Position numbers and translations under genes: made by a program. From Podarcis bocagei (taxonomy: Eukaryota), in NCBI GenBank assembly GCA_964188305.1, contig OZ076888.1: 64,000 nucleotides of DNA. One strand, written 5' to 3'. Of this stretch, positions 37,910 through 49,900 are shown one piece after another. The notes under the pieces are model-generated. The model had not been told where the DNA came from, did not search any database, and was given only the letters and a program-made list of their open reading frames with translations. Each line of letters starts with the position of its first letter. The stretch's first letter is position 1.

Positions 37910-38003
37910 CTTGTAAGCCCTGCAGACGGAAGGTCCTATGTTCAACAACGCTGCAGCTCCTGTAGGCCCCATATCTGAGAGTCACCAGTGCATTCTTTGG
38001 CAT
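37910..38003 (-). CDS. C10orf53: C10orf53 homolog (UPF0728 family) coding exon 1 (MPKNALVTLRYGAYRSCSVVEHRTFRLQGLQ)
   Basis: gcaATG start, G|gtttgt donor, 94 bp; matches the recalled N-terminus MPKNAVV.LRYG.Y...VEH.TFRLQGLQ. Confidence 0.9.
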
Positions 38004-38257
38004 TGCTGGACCACGTTGCAGCCCTTGCCAGGAGGGTCCAGAACAAATAAGGGAAAAGACTGTTTCAGGACAGAAACAGTTGTGGACACTTTCCTTTCTC
38101 TGCTGGACACTATAGAGAATCCTGCTGCTGCTGCCCCTGCTGCCTAAGTTGTGTCTGTTGTGTCATTCACTGCCTACTGTTGTGTCATTCATTGGAACTA
38201 TGGTGAGCCTCCCTCTCTGAGATGTAACAAAGGACAGCTCCTGATGTCCAGCTCTGG

Positions 38258-38759
38258 TGTCAGGGACCGTGCTGAGGAGGGCTGCACTGAGGAGGAATGG
38301 TGGGAGCCTCCCCCTCCCCCCTGATCAGGATCCTGAATCCTCCCAGGAGCAGGAGGACAGTGTACATTTGGAACAGTGGTTTGCAGAGGGGCATAGTTCA
38401 GAAGGCAGAAGCTGGGAAATACTGGATGGGGAACAGCTAGGAGAAGAAGCACTGGGGGAGAGAGGGTTAAAGATTTACTGTCTCTGGAAAGCACTCATCC
38501 TTCTCCACAAGGTCTAGAAGAGCTGAGAAAGTGGCAGAACAGAAAGCACACAATGCACAGAGGGTACAAGCTCAGATTACAAGATGTGGATTAATAGGGG
38601 GTAGGATTCTTAACTGGGAGCACTGCCATTCCTAGGAGATGGGTTCTTTGTTTTCTCGCTGTGGTTATTAAAGTTACTAACTGGTAAGAAGACTCCTTTT
38701 CCTTTGTTCTGCTTATCTACTGCCCCAGGAGGAGGAAGCCGATTCCCTGAAGCCTGTCA
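38258..38759 (+). mobile_element. Solo LTR
   Basis: TGTCAGG...CCTGTCA termini, perfect 5-bp TSD TCTGG, ATTAAA near the 3' end. Confidence 0.75.
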
Positions 38760-38854
38760 TCTGGTGGTATTTGATTTCCAGAGGGAGAAAGGGGAAATTG
38801 CTGGGGCTCATACTTGTTTGAACAGACTGTGGTCACTTAGTGGCAAAGGGCAAG

Positions 38855-39435
38855 TGTCATGGACTGGTTGGACCCAGAGGAAGGGTGGGAGGCATCAGCT
38901 GGGGAACCCCCAAGGGAAGAAGGCTCAGAGCCTGGGGATTGGTGGTAGGATGACAGTGAGTGGTCAGAGGGAGAATGCCTGGGAGGAGGAGGTGTTGGAA
39001 GCCAAAGAGGTAACAGGGCGTGGTGAGCAGGGAGAATCTGTGGCAGAGAGGTCTAGAATCAGAATCAGAGGTGGAAGCAGGAAAGGAGGGAGAACAAGAG
39101 GCAGAGATAAGTCAGACTGATGAATAAGCCTGGGTATCTCCCCTTCCCGCTATGACAGGCCCCCCCCGGTGTTCCAGGACCAAGAGAGGTATGAAGAGGA
39201 AGGAGCAAAGGCAGCATGCCAGCATAGTCTCAGATTGCTTGGGAAAGGCCCAAGAAAGGAGGAGACTTAGGCAGTTGTGAGACCTCCAAGCTCCACATGG
39301 CCTCACAGAGGCAAGACCTATCAAGAACAGTTGTTCTGTTCATTAGGCTTGGAACTCCTGAGTGGATCTTGTTTCTTCTAATAAAGAGTTAACTTCACTT
39401 CCACTGTGTGATTTATTGCTGGCTTGTTCCCGACA
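38855..39435 (+). mobile_element. Probable solo LTR, similar in style to 38258-38759
   Basis: TGTCATGG...CCCGACA termini, purine-rich body, AATAAA at ~39380; TSD imperfect (GCAAG/GCACA). Confidence 0.6.
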
Positions 39436-40098
39436 GCACATGTACAAAATGAAAGCCACGCGTCTTTTCTTTGATATACTTTTTTATTGACTACAGATTT
39501 TAAACTGTTTTCTGGATTCATCATAGCTGGGCTACAGTTCACTTTGATATCATCTATCAGAACGACTCGTAGACCTTAAAGCATAAAACATATAGCTCAG
39601 TCTAAACAAAGACACTATAAATACACTTTAGATTTGCCATAAATCTACACTATGTTATAAAAATAAAATATCACTAAAATAGTAACTTTAGGTATATAAT
39701 ATAATGCTCACATTATAAAAAGTTTGGGACATATTGCCACTTCGTATTGTATCATTAGCTCCACGAAGACAGCTCACCTGAGTAAGTCCAGGGGGCTTCT
39801 AAATTCTGACACTATGGGAGAAAGTTATTTCACTTTTAGCTATGCATTGGGGCAAGCTAGACATGACACTAACTTGTGAATGCAACTGCCATGCAGTACA
39901 TATGGGTGGGGGGACAACCTTTCCCCCATATACTCCAATGACCTCCCGCCAAGCTGTTGTTAGTCTCCAAGGGTGAATCTTCCATGGGAAACTCAGAAAA
40001 GCTCTCATGATCTTCCACAAGGCTTTGAACTTGCTCTGTGTGTGTACATACGGTACATGCACTGCAGCAAACTTGAGTTCTTCAAGTGAAACGTTGTA

Positions 40099-40341
40099 CA
40101 GTGGTGCCTTGGTTCTTGAACGGCTTAGTTATTGAACAAATTGGCTCCCCAATGCCACAAACCCTGAAGTAAGTGTTCCAGTTTGTGAACATTTTTTGGA
40201 AGCCAAGCATCTGATGCAGCTTCTGCTTGAGTACAGGAAGCTCCTGCAGCCAATCTGAAGCCATGCCTTGGTTTTCAAACAGTTTCGGGCATCAAACGGA
40301 CTGCCAGAATGGATTAAGTTCGAGAACCAAGGTACCACTGT
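40099..40341. mobile_element. Tigger-like MITE
   Basis: TA|CAGTGGTGCCTTGGTTCTTGAAC...GTTCGAGAACCAAGGTACCACTG|TA. Confidence 0.85.
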
Positions 40342-42106
40342 ACCTAGGAACATGGGCTGGTGCTTTGGTGTTTCCAATCCATGAAACACACAAAGGCCAT
40401 TCCAGCTTTTCTGGGTTCCTCCAGCGATCCACCCAGAAGAGAGAAAGACTTGTATATTTTCTTTTGCCCGATCTCCAAGGAGCTTGGGACAGCATTCATA
40501 GACTTCCCTCATTTTTATCTTTGCAACAACTGCTTTGTAGGATAAGTCAAGTGGTGAGAGAGGGGCTGGTTAGCCCATCCAGTAACCTTTAGGAATGATC
40601 AGGGAATTAAAATGCAGGACCCCCAGTCTACATCAGGGACTATGTCTACTACATATCACCATCAGTCAGGAGGGTGGGGGGACCAGACCAGACTGTGCAG
40701 TGAGTCTGCAGGTGTGACTTCCTACGGTGATGTGAAGATGCCCTGGAGAAATGCTGCCTTTTCCCAGGACACTTCACACAAACCCAGCCATATATAGCAG
40801 TAGCACACTCTTGGCTTCAGTGGAGGCAAAATAAGAATGCGGAATAGTATTTCCTAGGAGGAATTAAATTCGCTTGGAGGACATTCAATTCCCAGTGTTC
40901 AGGTTCTGAATGCCCTTGGACCACTGGCACACAACAGGGAGGAGTCAGGCTTATGGGAACCCCAAAGCTGCCAAAAGTACAATTTTTAGGACACCCCCAA
41001 AAGGAACTGAGTGTGCTCAGTGGGGACATAACTGGCTATTGGGGTGGGGAATGGAAACCCAGAGGAGAATGGAATGGAATATCCAGGAAAAGGGCATGGC
41101 TGGCTGGCTGGTTGGCTGGTTGGTTGGTTGGCTGGCTGGCTGGAACCCTGAACAGGAGTCCTCCATGCCACATCTTTATTGCAGGTCCCACACGTAATAT
41201 TTCTAAATTAATCTCTCCATTGAAATGCTCAACGTGCTTATTGTGGATGGTCCATCCTGCAGTTCTGTAGCTGACACTTGTGTAAATCTACTGTTAAGTT
41301 TGCATAGATACACATGCTGCGGTTATATATTTCAAAGCTGCAGAATAAGCTTGCGTTCTACTGCTCTAATACAGCTAATTTTAAATGAAGTTATTGAGCA
41401 CTAACAATTCCCTGAAATCCACAAAAAAATGAAACCCACTAACCTCTATTACGTCACAAGTTATTACATGACCTGGCATGTTCACAGAAGGGTATTCAGA
41501 CAGTATGTGCAGAAAACAGCCACATTTCATTTGACAGCACATTGATGAGTTACATAGCATCCCATATAAACACTGATTCCACCTGATTCAAAGATAGCTT
41601 GATGCATCCCCAACTCTGAAGTTTCCATCGTTACCCAATTTTAATTGTGAGCTATGTTGCCATTTACGGAGTTTAGGACGTAGCTGGAGCTTATTCTGCT
41701 ACTAGATCTGAGCCTTAGCCCTAAACCTGAAAGTTTCAGAAGATACCCCAAGGGGGAATAATGCACCATGTTATACAGGGCAACATATCCCTTGAGTTTA
41801 GATCGTCAGCTGCATCAACTGTTAGATAGATACAAATCTCCAGGTGACTTGCAGGGATCAGAAGCAGAACATTTTCACACAGACATATCCTAAGAGAGCC
41901 TTTGCCAACCTGGTGCACCCTCCAGATGTGTTGGGCTACAACTCCCACTGCCTGTGGCTGGAGTTGATGGGAGTTGTAGTCCAAAACACTGAGATGGCAC
42001 CAGGCTGTCCTGAGATATCTTAAGATGCAGAGTAATGATGGGGAGGAGGAGGAGGAGGACAGTGGTGATGATGACAATGAAATTGTTCATGAATGGATGC
42101 AGCCAA

Positions 42107-42897
42107 ATTAAAATTTACAAATTAAAATCAAATACCTGTTGGAGATGCAAAAAAGGAAATAGGAACAATGTTTCACATGTGATGGGAATGCCGACCTATT
42201 AAACAATTCTGGAATGAAATTTATGAAGAAATCAAAAAGATGTTTAAAATATCTTTCAGTAAAAAACCGGAGGCATTCCTTTTAGGTATAATTACAAACG
42301 ATATTCCCGACAGTCAAAGGAAAGTATTCCTTTATGCAACGACAGCTGCCAGGATGCTTATAGCAAAAAAATTGGAAAGGGAGAAAAATACCATCAATGA
42401 AAGAATGACAAATTAAATTTTGTGAATATATAAAACTGGCAAGACTCACAGCATTCATAAGGGGACAATCGGACCAGAAATTATTAAAAGAATGGGGATA
42501 TGCTAAAGAGTATATGAAAAAACATTGTTCTGGAGTAAGCATATCGGTAAGTAATGAATGATGCTTTACAGGGTTAAAGAAAAAGAAAAATGGTGTAAAA
42601 AAGTACAAAGATGGAAGTAATCTACATTAGACACAGCAATACAGTAAGAGTAAAAATTCTGAGGTCTTAGAACAAAGGAAGGAAGTCAATATGTGTATAT
42701 GTATGTAATGACTAAATTAGAATGATGATATGGTTTTATTTGTAGATGTATGCTTTTTTTGTTTTGTTTTCTTTTGTGTGTGTGTGTTCTGTTTTTCTTT
42801 CTTGGTTGTATAGTATTATTTTGGATTCAATGTTTGTAATTTTTGTTATGATGTTATGATTTTGCATTGAAATAAATTTTTTTTTATTAAAAAAAAA
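42107..42897 (+). mobile_element. 5'-truncated L1-type LINE
   Basis: 16-bp TSD GAATGGATGCAGCCAA (42091-42106, 42898-42913); CWRCKK zinc knuckle, KPEAFLLG; AATAAA plus A tail. Confidence 0.9.
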
Positions 42898-43514
42898 GAA
42901 TGGATGCAGCCAAGAGAACACAGGATGAACATAAGGATTGGTCTTATACCAAACTGGACCATTGGTCCATCTAGCTCAATTTCACCTAAATTGACTGACA
43001 GGAGATCTCAAGGGTTTGGGGCAGGGGATGCCAAGAACTGAAGCTGGGCTGTTTTGCATACAAAGCAGATTCTCTGTGCATCTGAACCCTTTTAAGAGAG
43101 ACCCTGTAGGTTTGCACAGGCATGTGTACAAGAGACTTCTCTGCACCCGACAGCAAGAGGAACTTCACCACTTCTGAAGCTGCCACAAATTCCAGTCTTG
43201 CATGCGGCTTAGCAACTGGGAAAGATGACGCCGAAGCTTCTCAACCCACCCTGCCAAAAAACCTCAGACATACCACTTCCAAGCGGTCTGTGCACAGAGT
43301 CTGATGGGCAGCCCCCTGGACCAAAGTCAGAGGAAGCAATAGGGGTCTCTCCATGAAAACTATGATGACACAAAATTAAAACCCGCAGCGACAAAATATA
43401 TAAAAATATATGCTGTACCACCTGAGGTCTGAGAGCTATTCTAGCAGACTTTCATCTGCCTGCTAGTTTAGTAAGTTAATTTGTATGAGGTGGTTCAGAA
43501 AGGTCCTTTGGGTA

Positions 43515-43515
<1 letters not shown>

Positions 43516-43559
<44 letters not shown>
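43516..43559. repeat. (CAT)n microsatellite
   Basis: Direct reading. Confidence 0.95.
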
Positions 43560-44527
43560 AATTATTATACTGCCCTATACCTGGGGAACTCAGGGCGGTT
43601 CACATCAGGACTTCTCTGCTTATTTGTGTATGTGTGTGTGTGTGTTTGAAGGAAAATATAATCTAATAGAAGCTCCTTGCATTTTCAAAATGTCCACAGT
43701 CTTTTTGCATTTCTATCTCATCTTTCTTCTGTGGAGCTTAGTGCAGTCTTGCATGCTGTTATTCCCTTTATATCCACACTTGTGGCAGGTTAGGCTGAGA
43801 GGGTGTGAATGGCTCAAAGTCACCCCATTGAGTTCTGTGGCTGACAGTGGAGGCTGGTTCATGAGGGTGAGTGGAGCTCCATCAACATCAGTCTGCCCTC
43901 AGCCAGGCCCATCTTCCTGCCTTTGGCTCTGGCTCCATCTCCTTTTGGTTTCACTGCCTTCCTACCCCACCAGTCTCAATGGGAACTAGTCACAACCCAT
44001 GACCGTGATGCTGTCTACAATACCATGTTGTCTCCTGAGAGGTCAAGTGGTATGTTGGGGTGACCACTAAGAAAAGAAAAGGCTCAGAGTTGCTTCACAT
44101 ATCACATGTGCAGGACAAAAACACATCCCTAACATACATTCATGCTGGGAGCCTTGACTCAGAACACTCAACAATGAACAATTTGGCTTCTGAGCAATGA
44201 CGGATGTCTTGGGCGATACACTGCGCTTCAGCCACAACCTTTCGCAAAATGTTACTTATTGATAACTGGATATTTCTAAGCAAGCATGGAGATGAGTTGC
44301 ATTCTAGCTCAGATTGATAATTAGCAGTCGTGTTCTGCAGAACTGAAACACCAGCTTTTTAGATCATTTACACTCTCTTCTTGATAAATACTGGTGGAGA
44401 CCACAGCTAAAGATAAAAGAAATCTCCTCCCTGCAATATATAGGGTCTTTATAGCTTGCATTTGTACAGTGACAACATTCTACCTTAAGAAGCAGCTGCA
44501 AAACAGAGGAAAGACATTGCACCCTTA

Positions 44528-45014
44528 GGGCCATGGTTCACACATAACACTTAAGCCATGGTTTGCTTAGACAAAGTGTGGTTTGTTTGGGCATCTGCAC
44601 CCAGCTCAGCAGAGTAACTGTGGTTTTGTTTTGGCTTATGAACCATGGCTTGTTTCAATTATAGTTTGGCACTATGTCTGAACTCAACAGCCCTGCTTAA
44701 CCATGGTTGGTTTGGCTAGCCCATCCTAGATGCTCTAACACAGGCATCCCCAAACTCGGCCCTCCAGATGTTTTGGGACTACAATTTCCATCATCCCTGA
44801 CCACTGGTCCTGTTAGCTAGGGATGGTGGGAGTTGTAGTCCCAAAACATCTGGAGGGATGAGTTTGGGGATGCCTGCTCTAGCAAGTATAGTTAGAAAAG
44901 TTTTGGATAAACAAGTTGTGGCTTGATTGTTCATCTGTGAGATGACTCATGGGTTGCTGAACAAACCACGGTTGAAACAAATCAGAGCTCAGCGTAATGT
45001 GTGAATGCAGCCAC
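44528..45014. mobile_element. Old PIF/Harbinger-like MITE at the start of the CHAT 3' UTR
   Basis: Flanked by TTA on both sides (44525-44527, 45015-45017); degenerate TIR (14/21) with a shared TTCACACAT core; internal CCATGGTT/AACCA(T/C)GG repeats. Confidence 0.55.
44741..44876. mobile_element. Palindromic hAT MITE
   Basis: CAGGCATCCCCAAACTC...GAGTTTGGGGATGCCTG; TSD CTCTAACA/CTCTAGCA. Confidence 0.9.
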
Positions 45015-45284
45015 TTAGTGCTTACTGCCAGGTCGAGGTGTTGAAGGTGTTCCTTGTTTAGTCGGAGTGGTTGTCTTGGGCAAGTTGCATTTGTTGCACA
45101 GCTGTTTCATATCCATGAGGCTTTCTCCCACAGCTTTAGCAAATTTGCTGGAGGAGGTCTCTTTGCAGTCTTTAAAGCTGGAGATGCAGAATAATATATG
45201 CTCTGGCTGTGGATTATAGCAAGCACCATAGCCATTAGGAATCACAGGTCCATAGCAGCAGAACATCCCCATGGTGGTTGGAAC
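45015..45284 (-). CDS. CHAT: CHAT last coding exon ([52 protein letters not shown]...PGSKH*)
   Basis: ttcag|GTT acceptor, TAA stop at 45017-45015; [14 protein letters not shown] motif. Confidence 0.96.
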   Translation of the reverse strand, partial: VPTTMGMFCCYGPVIPNGYGACYNPQPEHILFCISSFKDCKETSSSKFAKAVGESLMDMKQLCNKCNLPKTTTPTKQGTPSTPRPGSKH

Positions 45285-46025
45285 CTGAACAAAGAAATGA
45301 AGCTACATTAAAGTATCATTATTTTCTTATTATTTATTGAATATATATGCCGCTCTATTACCCAGAGGTCTCAGGGCGGTTTGCCGAATAAAAAAGTACT
45401 GTTGAAATAACTTGGTAATTGTAAAGAATTACAAAGTGTCAGCTCAGATCTTGCCCTCTTAGTCTACGAGTACAGGAAATGCAAAATAATAGTTACAATT
45501 GGGACTTGCAATAAATGGTTCCAGAATATGCTAACCTGCCCCCCATGAGCAGGAGTGGTCCTGTTCAGGGTTCCAGTAAGCCACCCACCCATAACCTCTC
45601 ATAGGATGCTATAAGTTCGGAGGGGCTCTGGCTGCCCAATTTATCCCTCTCTCCAAAGTTTTCCAACCAAGGTTCAACTTTATGTTGCTCCTCAAAGCCT
45701 CTGAGCATGCTTAAGTCTTCATTCAGCTGGTTGATTTTTTTAAAAGAGCTTCTTTATTTATTGCATGAACCAATCTATTTTTTCACAAAAAGTGACCCCT
45801 TTGGTGCTTTTTTTTTAAAAAAGGTGTCATTCTTCTCCAAACAAACATGCAAATTTGTTTCTTAGTGGTCCTGCTCGGACTCTTATTTCTGTTGGTAACT
45901 CAGACACAAGTTTTGCTGTTTGAAGGAGAGAGTTTTGCTTGATTTAGTATTTATTGAAATATCTTTTCCGGTATTTGGGCCATTGCTTAAAATTGTTCTT
46001 ACATACAGTTGCATGATCTTGGTAC

Positions 46026-46067
<42 letters not shown>
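46026..46067. repeat. (AAT)n microsatellite
   Basis: Direct reading. Confidence 0.95.
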
Positions 46068-46068
<1 letters not shown>

Positions 46069-46266
46069 CACCACCCTTCATAATATCTCAGGGTGGTTCA
46101 CAGAATAAAACACAGGATTAAAACAAGTAAATCAAAACAGCAAAACAATAACCACCCCCTTCCCACAGAGACATTTGAAAGGCTATAGAATATTAGCTAA
46201 AGGGATCTGAAGACTGACACAAGATGCATAGACAAGCCCAGTGGAATTTTTTACTATTTTAATTTG

Positions 46267-46270
<4 letters not shown>

Positions 46271-46332
<62 letters not shown>

Positions 46333-46333
46333 A
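46271..46333. repeat. (CT)n(CA)n compound microsatellite
   Basis: Direct reading. Confidence 0.95.
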
Positions 46334-48787
46334 CCACAAAATGCTTTTGAAACCCCGATTTTCAAATACAGTTTGCCGCATGTCAAGGGAGCAGGTAGCA
46401 CCTGTTCTAGTAAAGCAAGTCTAAAGTCTTCTTGGGTTTCTGATCTTGCCTAGAGTGCTTGCCCGATATGATTTGATTATCTTTGTAAAAAAAAAATATG
46501 GTATGATCTTTAAATTTGCACAATGTGCTCATTGTTTCTTTTGCTCATTGTCTCTTTTGAATAAGAACTGTACTGGTGGTTAAAGATTGCTTCCGTATTC
46601 CTGTGGTTTTAATACCCAACTGCACTTGAGATTTCATTCAGTTTACTGGAAGGGCTTACATAAATCTCAAAGATTTATTGTTGGGAGGAAGCTTAAGAAT
46701 CAGTACACACTGATGGTATCGCTTAGCTGGATCCACACCCCCTCCAATCAAAGCTTTGATTATTCTATAATGTTGTAATGGGATAAAATGCTCCCTAGTA
46801 AAGCGAAGATGTTATTTGTTCAGAAATCCATGCATTCCTGCTTTTTGTTGTACTCAAGCTTTCAGAGATGACATTTGGCTTTTTAATGGCACAGGACAGA
46901 CCATTAGTCCCACTAATAGAGTCATAGAATTGTCAGATAAATTTGCTGTGCAACAGCCGAAGGCTATGAAGCTATTCAGATTCACTTTTTTGCCCATGGA
47001 TAGTTTCTTGGAGAATTTATGTAGTGGTATTCTGGTTACACTCTGTCATATTTGAAAAGCCACAGACATCATGGCTGGATACAATTACTTATTAAGGCTG
47101 TTGTGTTTGTGCATTGTATTAGCACCACCCCCTTTTAGTCCAGAGGTCTTCCGCCTATATATATGTGTGTGTGTGTGTGTATTGCTTTTTTCTGGGGGGG
47201 ACACACAGGGGTATGCATACCCCTAAACATTTTGTGAATATAAGTTTGGCCTCATTGAGGGGCAGTATTTCAATATGAGTAGGAACATGAAAGTACCCCT
47301 AAACATTTTTTTTAGGAAAAAAAGCGCTGTAGATATCTGACATACAGTTTCATCAAATTCATTATCTCAGGTGTATTAAATATGTCTTTAAAATGGCTAC
47401 TGCATATACAGAAATGTGATCTTGCTAAATGCCGGTGGGTTTTGTAGCTTGAAGAATGCTTTAATTTAAACAGTAGAAATTACAATTTTAGAAACAAAGA
47501 ACCCAGATAATTAATCAACTTGCAATGCCACACTCGGTCTGCAGAATAAATAATGGCTTTTGTATCATGGAGTTTGTCCTGAGCACGATGCAAAGAGGGG
47601 CATGGGTGATTTCTGAGGTCAGCTGTGTGTTTTTTGCGGCTTAAATCCAGCAGATAGGAATTATTATAGGACTCCTTTTCTACAAAGTTTGAAAATTTTG
47701 GTGAGGGCATGATGGATACAGCTAGCAATTCAGGTTTAGGAGGAGCCCATGGAAATTGGTTTCTCTTGTCCCCAAACTTTCTGCTGAGGGATAGTTGCCT
47801 AGGATAAAATTCCTACTTATCATGTAGTTAGTGGGTGGCTTTGAAGGAATATCTATCTTTTCAATTCTCGGTCTGTAAAATGAAAAGAGTAGTGACCTAT
47901 TTACATGACAGTGTTGTTTTGAAGACGAATGAGACAAGAGACTATACAGCACTTTGAAAATTAAAAGCACTTTCTTTAATGATGACACCAATAAGTAATA
48001 CTGATGTATGAGCCATCGGGCTCTCGACAGTAGGAATGAGCCAGCAGGAGAGAGTGTTTCCCCTTTTTCTCCTACAGCAGTGGAGTCCCATTGACTTTAA
48101 TGGAAGTGGTCCTCGTATCATATTTGATGTTTCAAAATCTGATCTGTTTCTTTGTTGTGGACTTACACACCCAGGCACACTCAGCGAGTTGGCAGTGCGT
48201 GTAAGAGATAGAGAAGGAGAGCCTTATTTAATTAATTGGACTGCTAGCCTACTTTTCCGTAGTGCTTGGGGTGGGTAAATAATATGCTCTGTCCAAACAA
48301 GACATTAGACTGGCTCTAATATTGTGATCCCCCAAGAGTCTGGCAAAATACCCAGGTATTTTAACAAAGTTAGTTTCAGCCTGTTTTATGGCTTGTCTGC
48401 TGTTTTATTTTTGTTTTATTGTATTGATTTTATTTTGTACGCTGTCCTGAAATCTAATGTGACAAAGACTGTCATATGATTTGTTTTTTATAACAAAAAC
48501 AAGCATATCCACCCCTATTCTACTCAACTTGTAGCCACCAAAAGCCCATGTGAATAAAACTATCTTATGCTGCCATTGGGAGAGGCAGATGCTCTCCAGA
48601 GGAGCGGTCCAAAATTAAGCAGCTCTGCCTCTTTCTGTGCCTCTTGGAGTCCGAGTGATGTAACAAAATATGGACTTTGTCTTCCATGCAACATTTTGGA
48701 AACCACTTTCATTTCTTTAGGAATGAGTTAGATAAAACAGATTTATCTGGTAGTTTACAAATGATGATTAGTCATGGCAACTGTGTA

Positions 48788-49329
48788 CAGTTGTACCTTG
48801 GATCTCAAATGCCTTGGCTCCCAAACAAATCAGCTCCCAAACGATCAAAACCCATGAGTGTATGTTCCAGTTTTCGAATGATTTTCGGAAGCCGAATGTC
48901 CAATGAGGCTTCTGTGGCTTCCGATTGGCTGCAGGAGCTTCCTTCAGCCAATCAGAAGCCGCTCTTTGGTTTCTGAATGAAATATACTCAGAGTCGAGAG
49001 TGGATTTCATGCTCTTTATTCAGCTCATAGTGGTGAGGAGGAATGAATGTTTCCCCAAAGTATCTGCTTTATATACATTATTTACACAATGGGCTGCACG
49101 TGATTGGCTAATTCCGGAATTCTCCTGTAGGCCAATCAGGTTGTGGATTCACTTCCGTCTGGAGCTGGATTGGGTGGCTCCTGCAGACCAATCAGACTGC
49201 TGCATTGTTCTAGGACCAATCAGATTGCTGCATTTTGGATCCTATTCAACTCAGTACATAACACCGAATGTTTTGGAAGTCGAACGGACTTCTGGAATGG
49301 ATTCTGCTTGACTTCCAAGGTACGACTGT
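48788..49329. mobile_element. Tigger-like MITE split by a solo LTR
   Basis: TA|CAGTTGTACCTTGGA...TCCAAGGTACGACTG|TA; collinear with 4413-4662 once the LTR is removed. Confidence 0.85.
48978..49263 (-). mobile_element. Solo LTR (286 bp)
   Basis: Minus strand TGTTATGTACT...AGTATATTTCA; TSD CTGAA/CCGAA; several CCAAT boxes, TATATAAA (49075-49068), AATAAA (49020-49015). Confidence 0.82.
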
Positions 49330-49762
49330 ACTACACCTGCTATTTCAGGGGATCTGCCTCTGAATATCAGTTCCTGGTGATCATGAGTGCGTGAAGGCTG
49401 CTTTATTCACGTCCTGCTTGTGGCCTTCCCATGGTTGGCCACCATGTGACTATGTAGCTTGACCAGAGAGGCCTTTGCTTTGATCCATCTGGGCTCTTTT
49501 TTGTGGAAAGCATCAGGTCTGTGGACCACTGTTTGCCCATCCCTTAGACTTCACCCTCTTAGCTTTTTGTTGCCACTGGGCTATTAATTTTGGTTGTCAA
49601 AAATGAAAGGGACAAGAACCCCCGAGGCATTTGGAAGTGCTGCCGGAGTCACTAAACCTCCACAACATATGTCAAAAGGTTGTCACTGATTCATAACATC
49701 TGTCACGGCGAGAATAATGGGGTTCCTTTTTTATGACTAATCCCGATATGAATTTCACTCAC

Positions 49763-49900
49763 CTGGCTGGTGGAGAGAATAAATCGATTGCTTGTCAAAT
49801 ACGTTTCATCAGTAAATATGTCTGGCAGCTCCTTGAAATGTTCGCGGGCTATCTCTCGCAGTCCCAGCAAGTGGTTGTCTATTGCCATCCCTGTAATAGC
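49763..49900 (-). CDS. CHAT: CHAT exon ([46 protein letters not shown])
   Basis: cccag|GCT ... CAG|gtgag, 138 bp; IDNHL and LSTSQ motifs. Confidence 0.96.
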
